Positions 36,734-44,789 of a stretch of DNA of 64,000 bases are shown here, piece after piece. Location: the NCBI GenBank assembly GCA_964431835.1, contig CAYSKO010000010.1, forward strand, positions 267-64,266, written 5' to 3'. Origin of the DNA: an uncultured Planctomycetia bacterium (GTDB lineage: Bacteria; Omnitrophota; Gorgyraeia; 2-02-FULL-51-18). Below the pieces are notes generated by a model. It was not told the origin of the DNA, did no database searches, and saw only the letters and a list, made by a program, of their open reading frames with translations. Position 1 is the stretch's first letter. Every line of letters begins with the position of its first letter. The position numbers and the translations under genes are program-made.

Positions 36734-39306
36734 CGCATCACCTCGAGTGCCAGTGACTCCCCTTTGGCGAGCGCCTCGGCCGCTTTCGAGGCGTCCTTGC
36801 CGCCGCCGACCGCGAAATCCGGCCGCCCGCCGCCGTTCCCGCCGACCACCGCCGCCATCTCCTTGACGACCTTGCCGGCGTTGAACCCTTTTTTGACGAG
36901 CTCGTCCGTCGCGCCGACCGCGAACGTGACCTTTCCTTCGGCGCCGCACTGCCAAAGCGCGACGAAGGGGGTCTTCTGGCCCTTCAGGTGCGAGAAAACT
37001 TTCTGGAAAAGATCGGGAGTCGCGTCTCTAGAAACCATCTTGAGAACGCGCGCGCCGCCGGTTTCGGGCGCTTTCGCGAGCGCGGCCTCGTAACCCCTGC
37101 GCAAACTTTCGAGCGTCCGGCCCTCAAGTATGCCCTTCAACCCGTCCACTTTCGCGCGGATCTCTTTCGTGCGACGGAGCACATCCCCGGCGTCGTTCTT
37201 GGCGCCGAAAAGCTTCGCCATCTCCTCCACTTCGTTTTCGCGGGCCTTCACGTAGTCCTCGGCCCAGCGGCCGGTAACGGCCTCGAGACGGCGGACGCCC
37301 GCTTGAATCGAGCTTTCGGAAACGATCTTGAAAAGACCGATCTGACCGGTCGAATCCAGATGCGTTCCACCGCAAAGCTCCTTCGAAAAATCGCCGATCG
37401 TGACGACACGGACTTCGTCGCCGTATTTTTCGCCGAAGAACGCCATCGCGCCTTCCTTCATGGCTCGCTCCTTCGAGAGCACGCGTTTGTCGAGTTTCAC
37501 GTCCTTCTTCACTTCGCCGTTCACGAGCGATTCGACCTCGGCAAGCTGTGCCGCGTCGACCGCCTTGAAATGCGTGAAATCGAAGCGCAGGTAATCTTTC
37601 GCGACGAGCGAACCCGACTGCTTCACGTGGTCGCCGAGCACCTTGCGGAGCGCGCTGTGGAGAAGGTGCGTGGCCGTGTGATTCTTGGCGACGTCACCGC
37701 GACGATCCTCGTGGACCGTCATTTTCATGGGCATATTCGCCTTGAGCGTGCCCTTCTCGACAAAAACCTTGTGGGCCGCGCATTTTTCGATCCACTGGAC
37801 GTCTTCGACGCGGGCCTTGGCGCCGCAACCCTCGAAGAATCCCGTATCTCCGATCTGGCCGCCGGACTCGGCGTAAAACGGGCTCTTGTCGAAGAAAACG
37901 AGACCCTCTTCGCCTTCCTTGAGCGCGTCGACCGCGGTCTGGCCGCGGACCACGCGCAGGACTTTTCCGTCGCCGGCCATTCCGGTGTAACCGAGGAACT
38001 CGGTGTTCGGAAGCCCTTCGATCAGCTCGAAGATTCCCTTGTTCCCGAAGATTTCTCCCGCGATCTTGGAGGAGTCGCGCGAACGCTGGCGCTGTTCTTC
38101 CAGGAGCTTCTCGAACTCTTCTTTCGAATACTTGATGCCGACGGACTCGGCGCAAGCCGCAATCGTCTCGACTGGCACGCCAAACGTGTCGTAATAACGA
38201 AACGCGAGCTCAGCTGGGTTCTTTCCCGAGCGGAATTCTTCCGTCAGCGCCGGAACGCGCGTGCGAAGAATCTCGAGGAACGACTTCTCCTCGTTCTCGA
38301 GGATACCCGTGATGGTTTTTTGGCGGTCGGCGATCTCGGGATACACGTGCCCGTAGATCGAAACGACGGCCGGGACGAGCTTACTGAAGGATCCTGGCTC
38401 GAGCGCGCCGGCCTTCATGAGATGGTCCGCGCCGAGGCGGATGATTTTGCGGATCACGTAGCCGCGGCCCTCGTTGGAAGGAAGCGCACCGTCGGCGATC
38501 GAGAAAACGACCGCGCGGATGTGGTCCATGACCGCGTTCTCGCGCGAACGGTCGTTCGAACCTTCTTTAAGGAGCTTTTTCAACTCGGCGCGCAGGCGCA
38601 CGAAGTTGTCGGTGTCGAAATTTGAATCAACGCCCTGCATGACGGCCGAGACGCGTTCGAGACCCATGCCGGTGTCGATGTTCTTCTGCGGCAGCGGAAC
38701 GAGCGAACCGTCAGATTGGCGGTCGAACTGCGTGAAGACGAGATTCCAGATCTCGACGCCCTTGCCGGGGATTTCGCCGACGTAGATCTCCGAGCACGGA
38801 CCGCACGGGCCGTTCGGGCCGTCCTTGGGCGCGTTCGAGGGCCAGAAGTTGTCTTCGGCGCCCATGCGCACGATACGGACTTCCGGGACACCGATCTTAT
38901 CCCTCCAAATCGCGAACGCCTCGTCGTCTTCCTGGTAGACAGAGACCCAGAGCTTCTCTTTCGGGAAGTTGAGTGCCTTCGTGACGAATTCCCAGGCGAA
39001 GGCGATCGCCTCTTCCTTGAAATAGTCACCGAACGAGAAGTTTCCGAGCATTTCGAAGAAGCTGTGGTGGTACGCCGTCTTACCGACGCGGTCGAGATCG
39101 GCCGTGCGCAGGCACTTTTGGCAGCTCGTCGCGCGCGCGACGTCCTTCTTGAGACCGAGGAAGTACGGCTTGAACTGGTTCATGCCGGCACCCGTGAAAA
39201 GAAGAGACGGATCATCGTGCGGCACGAGGGAGTCGCTCGAATAAGCGCGGTGCGCCTTCGATTTGAAGAAATCCAGGTACGTTTGTCTGAGCTGGTCGGT
39301 TTTCAT
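36730..39306 (-). CDS. alaS: Alanine--tRNA ligase
   Basis: 858 aa with class II AlaRS catalytic, editing (HxxxH...CGGTH) and C-terminal DHHA1-like domains. Confidence 0.95.
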   Translation of the reverse strand: MKTDQLRQTYLDFFKSKAHRAYSSDSLVPHDDPSLLFTGAGMNQFKPYFLGLKKDVARATSCQKCLRTADLDRVGKTAYHHSFFEMLGNFSFGDYFKEEAIAFAWEFVTKALNFPKEKLWVSVYQEDDEAFAIWRDKIGVPEVRIVRMGAEDNFWPSNAPKDGPNGPCGPCSEIYVGEIPGKGVEIWNLVFTQFDRQSDGSLVPLPQKNIDTGMGLERVSAVMQGVDSNFDTDNFVRLRAELKKLLKEGSNDRSRENAVMDHIRAVVFSIADGALPSNEGRGYVIRKIIRLGADHLMKAGALEPGSFSKLVPAVVSIYGHVYPEIADRQKTITGILENEEKSFLEILRTRVPALTEEFRSGKNPAELAFRYYDTFGVPVETIAACAESVGIKYSKEEFEKLLEEQRQRSRDSSKIAGEIFGNKGIFELIEGLPNTEFLGYTGMAGDGKVLRVVRGQTAVDALKEGEEGLVFFDKSPFYAESGGQIGDTGFFEGCGAKARVEDVQWIEKCAAHKVFVEKGTLKANMPMKMTVHEDRRGDVAKNHTATHLLHSALRKVLGDHVKQSGSLVAKDYLRFDFTHFKAVDAAQLAEVESLVNGEVKKDVKLDKRVLSKERAMKEGAMAFFGEKYGDEVRVVTIGDFSKELCGGTHLDSTGQIGLFKIVSESSIQAGVRRLEAVTGRWAEDYVKARENEVEEMAKLFGAKNDAGDVLRRTKEIRAKVDGLKGILEGRTLESLRRGYEAALAKAPETGGARVLKMVSRDATPDLFQKVFSHLKGQKTPFVALWQCGAEGKVTFAVGATDELVKKGFNAGKVVKEMAAVVGGNGGGRPDFAVGGGKDASKAAEALAKGESLALEVMR

Positions 39307-39809
39307 GAGTCCGTCGTATCCTCTTCCGTCATTTCCTTGAAAACTTGGGCGAACACCGCCGAAATCACGTCCGAACGGAACCCTCTCCGCTTGAGAAGCC
39401 CGAAAAGCCGGGTCTTTTTCTTGAGGAGCGGGAGCGCTCCCATTTTCGACAACCGCGAACGCGCGAGCGCGAGAGCCGTTTCCTTTTCGTTCCCGGCGCC
39501 TTCCGACACCGCTTTGGCGATCTCCGTTTCGGGAACGCCTTTCCTTCGAAGCTCTGTCTCGACGAGCCGCCTGCCCGAAGGCCGCGAATTTGCGCGGGAC
39601 TCGACGAAGAGCTTCGCGAACTTCGCGTCATCGATGAAGCCCAGGCGCTTCAGCGTCTCGATCGTCTCCTGGATCACGGACGCCTCGTGCCGTTTCTGAC
39701 GCAAACGCGCCGCGAGCTCCGAAGAGCTGCGCGCGCGGAACGACAAAAGACGCATCGCGTCGCTTTTTGCCTTGAGAAGCCGCTCTTGGCGGCCGGTATC
39801 TTCAGTCAT
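39303..39809 (-). CDS. recX: Regulatory protein RecX
   Basis: 168 aa alpha-helical repeat protein (…AMRLLSFRARSSSELAARL…) immediately downstream of recA. The ATG follows a terminator T-tract with no obvious SD. Confidence 0.8.
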   Translation of the reverse strand: MTEDTGRQERLLKAKSDAMRLLSFRARSSSELAARLRQKRHEASVIQETIETLKRLGFIDDAKFAKLFVESRANSRPSGRRLVETELRRKGVPETEIAKAVSEGAGNEKETALALARSRLSKMGALPLLKKKTRLFGLLKRRGFRSDVISAVFAQVFKEMTEEDTTDS

Positions 39810-39811
39810 GG

Positions 39812-39850
39812 CTAAAAAAGCGCGCCCCGCCCTCTTCAGGCGGGGACGCG
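39812..39850 (-). terminator. Rho-independent terminator/attenuator between recA and recX
   Basis: Minus-strand RNA is CGCG(U)CCCCGCC-UGAAGAG-GGCGGGGCGCG followed by CUUUUUU, about 11 bp of GC-rich stem plus a U-tract. It sits about 25 nt after the recA stop and ends 3 nt before the recX ATG. Confidence 0.7.
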
Positions 39851-39874
39851 TTCGACCGTTTCAGCTTTTACCGG

Positions 39875-40984
39875 TCACGCGCCCGCTTTAGCGGCTTCGG
39901 CGACCTTCACGTGAATCTGCTTTTCGATCTCGCCCAGGATCTTCGGGTTCTCGCGAAGATACGCTTTGGCGTTCTCCCGGCCCTGGCCGAGCTTGTCGTC
40001 CCCGTAGAGAATCCAGCTGCCGCTCTGCTTGGTGATGTTGTACGTCTCGGCCATGTCGAGGATCGAACCCACTGCCGAAACGCCTTCGTCGTACATGAGA
40101 TCGAACTCCGCCTGTTTGAACGGCGCGGCGACCTTATTCTTCACGACCTTCACGCGCACGCGGCCACCGACGGTTTCCTCGCCGCGCTTGATCTGCGCGA
40201 TGCGCCGGATGTCGAGACGGACCGACGAATAGAACTTGAGCGCGCGGCCGCCCGGCGTGGTTTCGGGGTTGCCGAACATCACGCCGATCTTCTCGCGGAG
40301 CTGATTGATGAAAATGATGCAGGACTTCGATTTCGAGATCGTGCCCGTGAGCTTGCGGAGCGCCTGACTCATGAGACGCGCCTGGAGACCGACGTGGGAA
40401 TCGCCCATCTCGCCTTCGATTTCGGCCTTCGGCGTCAGCGCCGCGACGGAGTCGACGACGACGAGATCGACCGCGTTCGAACGCACGAGCATCTCGGCGA
40501 TTTCGAGCGCCTGCTCCCCGGTGTCGGGCTGGGACACGAGAAGATCGTCAAGATTCACGCCGAGCTTCTTGGCGTAGGTGGAATCGAACGCGTGCTCCGC
40601 GTCGATGAAGGCGGCCGTGCCCTTCTTCTTCTGCGCCTGCGCGATGATGCTCAAGGTAAGGGTGGTTTTACCGCTGGATTCCGGCCCGTAGATCTCGATG
40701 ATTCGGCCGCGCGGGATGCCGCCGATGCCGAGCGCGAGATCGAGTGCGATCGCTCCCGTCGGAATGGCGGGAACGTCGCTCTTGGTATTCTGGCCGAGAG
40801 TCATGATCGACCCTTTGCCGAAAAGTTTCTCTATCTGCAAAACGGTCGCGTCGAGCGATTTCCGGCGGTCGGCCATTCCGTCCTTCGTGGCGTCTTTCGA
40901 GTTGTCGCGCGCGTGGCTCACCTGACGCGCGTCCATCTTCTGCTGCTCTTTTTCTTCTTTTTTCATTGCGAAGCTCTTGGCCAT
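39875..40984 (-). CDS. recA: Recombinase RecA
   Basis: 369 aa with [10 protein letters not shown] Walker A and the canonical RecA core. Confidence 0.95.
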   Translation of the reverse strand: MAKSFAMKKEEKEQQKMDARQVSHARDNSKDATKDGMADRRKSLDATVLQIEKLFGKGSIMTLGQNTKSDVPAIPTGAIALDLALGIGGIPRGRIIEIYGPESSGKTTLTLSIIAQAQKKKGTAAFIDAEHAFDSTYAKKLGVNLDDLLVSQPDTGEQALEIAEMLVRSNAVDLVVVDSVAALTPKAEIEGEMGDSHVGLQARLMSQALRKLTGTISKSKSCIIFINQLREKIGVMFGNPETTPGGRALKFYSSVRLDIRRIAQIKRGEETVGGRVRVKVVKNKVAAPFKQAEFDLMYDEGVSAVGSILDMAETYNITKQSGSWILYGDDKLGQGRENAKAYLRENPKILGEIEKQIHVKVAEAAKAGA

Positions 40985-41034
40985 CGCTTCCTCCGATTAT
41001 AAAACACAATCTTGCCTGGACTTGGCACCGCGCG

Positions 41035-41050
41035 GTCTCGAATAGGAGAC
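41035..41050. promoter_or_regulatory. Inverted repeat GTCTC-N6-GAGAC overlapping the predicted recA transcription start; candidate repressor (SOS-type) operator
   Basis: ggtctcgaataggagac is a perfect 5-bp inverted repeat (an 18-nt near-palindrome GGTCTCGAATAGGAGACa), lying 3 nt downstream of the -10 hexamer. Confidence 0.35.
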
Positions 41051-41053
41051 AGC

Positions 41054-41082
41054 ATTATACAATCCCCCTTTTTGACTGTAAA
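41054..41082 (-). promoter_or_regulatory. Sigma70-type recA promoter (TTTACA-N17-TATAAT)
   Basis: On the minus strand, TTTACA (41077-41082) is followed by a 17-nt spacer and TATAAT (41054-41059). A GGAGGAAG RBS lies before the recA ATG. Confidence 0.6.
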
Positions 41083-41235
41083 GGACCAAGCGTTCTTCCT
41101 ACTAGACGTTTGAAGGCCGGTTATTCGTTCAATAAAAGAGAGGTCATATATATTTTTGGTCTTCTAACGAAATAGAAAGGCCGGGTCGCGACTTTTTCGC
41201 CCCAAAAGGTACTTAAGGTCCTCTATACTAGACGC

Positions 41236-42471
41236 ATGAGAGCGGAAATCGTATCCATCGGAACGGAGCTTCTCGTCGGCTCGACCATCAACACCAACGC
41301 GGCTTACCTTTCGGCGCGCCTGGCGGATCTGGGCATCGACGTCTACCGGCACACGGTCGTCGGAGACAACGTCGATCGGATCGTTTTGGCGTTCGAAGAG
41401 GCGGCAATGCGCTCCGAACTCGTCTTGTGCACGGGCGGTCTCGGTCCTACGGAAGACGACGTGACGGCCGAGGCCGCCGCGCGTTTCGTCCGCGAACCGC
41501 TCGTGATGCACCGTGCGAGCGAGCGCCACATCGAGCGCGCGCTGAAAGCACGCGGACTGCGGATGACGAAACTGATTCGCCGCCAATGCTTCGTTCCGCG
41601 CGGCGCCGTCGTTCTGCGCAACCTTCGGGGCACGGCGGCCGGTTGGCTCGTGCGCACGCCAGGCGGTTCCCGCCTCATGGCTCTCCCCGGCCCCCCGCGC
41701 GAGCTCAAGTCAATGATGGACGACGCCGCGATTCCGGCGCTCACGAAACACATGCATCTGGCGCCGGCGTGCCTCGTGCGCCGCAGCGTGCGCCTCGCAG
41801 GCCTCATCGAAGTTCAGGTCGCTGCGAAAGTACACGATCTCCTCAAGCTTCGGCCTCCGGTCACCGTCGGCATTTACGCCAAGGCCGGCGAAGTGGAGCT
41901 CAAGATCATGGCGAAAGCTTCTTCCGAAAAAAAAGCCTCCGAGGCCGCCGACCGCATCGAACGCACGATCCGCCGACGTTTCGGAGACCGCGTTTACGGA
42001 ACGGATTCGGACACGATCGGGGCGGCGGCGGGAAAACGCCTGGCAGGGTTGGGGAAAACACTCGCTGTGGCTGAATCCTGTACCGGAGGCGCGTTAGCCA
42101 ACCTCTTTACGGACGTTCCCGGCAGCTCGGAGTGGTTTAAGGGCGGGATCGTCTCCTACGTCGCGGGAACGAAGGAGGCGCTTTTGGGGGTGCAGCTTGG
42201 AAAACGCGATCCCGTGAGCGGTGCGGTCGCGGTGGAACTTGCTCGGGCCGCACGGGAACGTTTCCAGTCGGATTTCGGGATCGGGGTCACTGGGAATGCG
42301 GGGCCGGGAAAAGACAAGGGCTCCCGGGAGCCGGTGGGAATTGTCTTCATCGCCGTCGCGGACGCGCGCGGCGTGCGGACGAAAAAAAGCCGTTTCGCCG
42401 GCACCCGCGCCGAAATCAAGGCGCGAGCCGCCCGCGAAGCGGCGAATTTAATCCGTACGCAAGCGCGCTAA
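41236..42471 (+). CDS. cinA: Competence/damage-inducible protein CinA (MocF-like domain plus CinA C-terminal deamidase domain)
   Basis: 411 aa starting MRAEIVSIGTELLVGSTINTNAAYL..., a full-length CinA. It is the only plus-strand gene and is divergent from recA. There is no SD-like sequence and a TATACT hexamer sits 6 nt upstream of the ATG. Confidence 0.85.
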   Translation: MRAEIVSIGTELLVGSTINTNAAYLSARLADLGIDVYRHTVVGDNVDRIVLAFEEAAMRSELVLCTGGLGPTEDDVTAEAAARFVREPLVMHRASERHIERALKARGLRMTKLIRRQCFVPRGAVVLRNLRGTAAGWLVRTPGGSRLMALPGPPRELKSMMDDAAIPALTKHMHLAPACLVRRSVRLAGLIEVQVAAKVHDLLKLRPPVTVGIYAKAGEVELKIMAKASSEKKASEAADRIERTIRRRFGDRVYGTDSDTIGAAAGKRLAGLGKTLAVAESCTGGALANLFTDVPGSSEWFKGGIVSYVAGTKEALLGVQLGKRDPVSGAVAVELARAARERFQSDFGIGVTGNAGPGKDKGSREPVGIVFIAVADARGVRTKKSRFAGTRAEIKARAAREAANLIRTQAR

Positions 42472-42500
42472 GACGGCCGCGCTTCGGCTTTCCTCCCCTT

Positions 42501-43364
42501 TTAGCGCTGAGATTCTTCCTGCACCAAAACCGCTTCGGCCCGGAGCGTCCGTGGTTCGTACTGCGCTTTGACGAGGGCGCCTTCCTCCAAATCGTCGACG
42601 ATGGCCGGCGATACGGCTAGCGTGACGTTTTTGCCTGAAAATTGGTCGCTCACGGTGATCTCTGCGCGCGGACGATCGACGTCCACGAGCCGCCCAACCG
42701 CGGTGTCGAGCACGGTTTCGGGCGTCGAGGGGCGTGTCACGCCGGCGGTCAGAATCTGGTTTTCGGTGCTCACGAGAGGCGCCGCCACGCCCACGCTCCC
42801 GACCGGAACCACGGTGGCCGCCGACGGAGAACCGGGACCGCCCGGCGCGGATGGGAACGAGCGAGTGCCGTTGGCGTCGAGCCCCGGAGGCTCGCCGAGG
42901 AATTCGGTCCGTCCGGGCTGGACGGATGCGGCGCCGCCACCGCCATTCCCGACGGGTAGCTCGGTCACGAAACGATTCGCCTGATCGTTCGAGTCTGCCG
43001 TCCTCACCGCCTGGGTCTGAGCGCCGACGTTCGCTGCCGAGCGGTCGTTGACGTTGACGAACGGCCCGCCGCCGTCGCGGAAGCCCTGAAAACCCGCCGT
43101 ACTGCGCGAGCCGCCGTCGAAAGCAGAGTTCGAAATCGAAGGAGGAACGTCGAGGGCCGACGTCGCGGGGAGACCGGTACCGGAGCTTTGAAATCCCGTC
43201 GATACGGCGGTGCTCGTTCCGCCCGCCGCGGCGGCCTGCTGCGCCGCTGGGGGAGCCGTGGCTCCCGGATCGCTCTGCGAATTTTCGGCGAAAGCGGATA
43301 AAGAAAAAACCGCCCCGAAGGCGGCAACTAAGATCGAAAGTGCGGAAACGCGGAACGTTTTCAT
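42501..43364 (-). CDS. Secreted low-complexity (G/A/S/P-rich) protein with conserved C-terminal small beta-domain (secP1)
   Basis: 287 aa. Signal peptide MKTFRVSALSILVAAFGAVFSLSAFA; GGAGGAAG RBS. The C-terminal approx. 60 aa (RAEITVSDQFSGKNVTLAVSPAIVDDLEEGALVKAQYE) is shared with the two upstream secreted proteins. Confidence 0.6.
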   Translation of the reverse strand: MKTFRVSALSILVAAFGAVFSLSAFAENSQSDPGATAPPAAQQAAAAGGTSTAVSTGFQSSGTGLPATSALDVPPSISNSAFDGGSRSTAGFQGFRDGGGPFVNVNDRSAANVGAQTQAVRTADSNDQANRFVTELPVGNGGGGAASVQPGRTEFLGEPPGLDANGTRSFPSAPGGPGSPSAATVVPVGSVGVAAPLVSTENQILTAGVTRPSTPETVLDTAVGRLVDVDRPRAEITVSDQFSGKNVTLAVSPAIVDDLEEGALVKAQYEPRTLRAEAVLVQEESQR

Positions 43365-43442
43365 GGTCTTCCTCCGTGGGGCTTTCGCGGCTCGCGTCGC
43401 CCCTTGAGTAGCAACTCCCGGAATTCGGGAGCGATAGTGAGA

Positions 43443-43850
43443 CTAGACACCCGCACCGTCTTCGGCGCCCCGGGCGAGCAGTCCTTCGTCGACAGGCAGG
43501 CCCACTTCGACGCTTTCCGCTTCCTCCGGATTCAGCTGAACCGTCCGGTTTTCTCCCGTTTCCCCGTCTTTCACAACGACTTCGCCGGTCTCCTCGTCTT
43601 TGGCCACGACGTTCCACCGCGTTTCTTCGTCGCCCAAAGCGCCTGCGGGCTGCGAAAAGGCGTCGGTTTGCGGACCCAACGCCGGATCCGCCGACGATTC
43701 GGCCGGTTCAAAGGCCGCTTCGTCGGCGGAAAGGGGTGCCAAGGCTTCCCCCGATTCACCGTCGGATCCAAACCCGTCCCCCAACTCGGCCCAAGCGGAG
43801 GGCGCGAAGAGGAGCGAGAGAACCGTGGCGATCGGAAGGAAGCGGGTCAT
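43443..43850 (-). CDS. Small secreted acidic protein with the same C-terminal beta-domain (secP2)
   Basis: 135 aa. Signal peptide MTRFLPIATVLSLLFAPSAWA; the mature part is D/E/G-rich. C-terminus is WNVVAKDEETGEVVVKDGETGENRTVQLNPEEAESVEVG. The start lies 6 nt after the secP3 stop. Confidence 0.55.
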   Translation of the reverse strand: MTRFLPIATVLSLLFAPSAWAELGDGFGSDGESGEALAPLSADEAAFEPAESSADPALGPQTDAFSQPAGALGDEETRWNVVAKDEETGEVVVKDGETGENRTVQLNPEEAESVEVGLPVDEGLLARGAEDGAGV

Positions 43851-43856
43851 GTCGGC

Positions 43857-44663
43857 TTACTCGTTCGTGATACGGACGCCCTGAGCGCGCTTGCCGCTAC
43901 CCGAGGCGAGATCCACGCGAACGCTGTCGCCGATGGCGAGAGTCGAAGCGGACATCACGTTCGGATCGACCGTGATACGGCGGTCGCCCTTAGTGACGTC
44001 GTCCTTGATGGTGATCTCGTTGTCCATTTTGTCGATGGAGACGATCGTGCCTCGGATCATCTGCTCGGAAGCGGTCGACTCGTCGTTGACTCCCATCCCG
44101 GTGGTGGCGACGGCCGCATCGGCGGAAGTCACGTTGGTCGTGGGATCGCCGGTGGCGCTATCGGAGGCGGACATGCCAGCCGAAGCCGAAGCGTCCATGC
44201 CTGAAGCGTCGGTCGTGGCGGTGACGTCGGTCGAAGCGGTATTCATGTCGGCTGTGCCTTCCGTCGTGGCGACCACGGAGGTGTCCGCGTCGTTGGCGTC
44301 ACCCGAAACGTCCGCGTCCGCGGCGGTCCGGGACGTCAGCGGGCTCGAGCCTGCCGCGCTTTCAGCGGCGCTGTCGGCGGCGGGATCGTTAGAGGAAGCG
44401 TCCGCGTTGATCGCGTCGTTGGTCGCGTTCGCCGGATTGGCGCCTGCGGTCGTCGCGTCGGACGGATCGGCCGTCGTCGTGGTCGTCATGGCCGCGTCCG
44501 TCGTACCCACGTTCGCGCCTGAATTCGTGTTGGCGTCCGTCGCCTCAACGACGGTTCCTTCCGCTCCGGCTCCCGTGGCGACTACGTCGATCTCCGCGTA
44601 GGCGGCTGTCGAAAAGAACGCGACTGAGAAAAGTGCGAGGATAAAGCTCATGGATTTGTTCAT
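43857..44663 (-). CDS. Secreted T/A/D-rich low-complexity protein with C-terminal small beta-domain (secP3)
   Basis: True start is MNKSMSFILALFSVAFFSTAAYA (signal peptide) with an AGGAG RBS. The C-terminus is IRGTIVSIDKMDNEITIKDDVTKGDRRITVDPNVMSASTLAIGDSVRVDL. The longer track ORF (to 44711) lacks an RBS. Confidence 0.6.
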   Translation of the reverse strand: MNKSMSFILALFSVAFFSTAAYAEIDVVATGAGAEGTVVEATDANTNSGANVGTTDAAMTTTTTADPSDATTAGANPANATNDAINADASSNDPAADSAAESAAGSSPLTSRTAADADVSGDANDADTSVVATTEGTADMNTASTDVTATTDASGMDASASAGMSASDSATGDPTTNVTSADAAVATTGMGVNDESTASEQMIRGTIVSIDKMDNEITIKDDVTKGDRRITVDPNVMSASTLAIGDSVRVDLASGSGKRAQGVRITNE

Positions 44664-44703
44664 TTTGGTCTCCTGAATGGGTTGTTTAAGTGCCTTTGAA
44701 CTT

Positions 44704-44760
44704 GGACTCACTATAGCGCCGGGTGGATTAAAGGACCCTTAAAACAAGATTAAAATAACC
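44704..44760 (-). promoter_or_regulatory. Candidate OmpR-family response-regulator binding site (TTTAA x3 at 11-bp phasing) with a -10 TATAGT, upstream of secP3
   Basis: Minus strand: ...TTTAATC-N4-TTTTAAG-N4-CTTTAATC.... TTTAA starts are spaced exactly 11 bp apart (plus-strand ttaaa at 44728, 44739, 44750). The third repeat overlaps the -35 position of TATAGT (44710-44715). It lies in the 126-bp gap between the HK stop and the secP3 start. Confidence 0.45.
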
Positions 44761-44789
44761 TAATCCATTCGGACGCGTGAGTGATGCGC

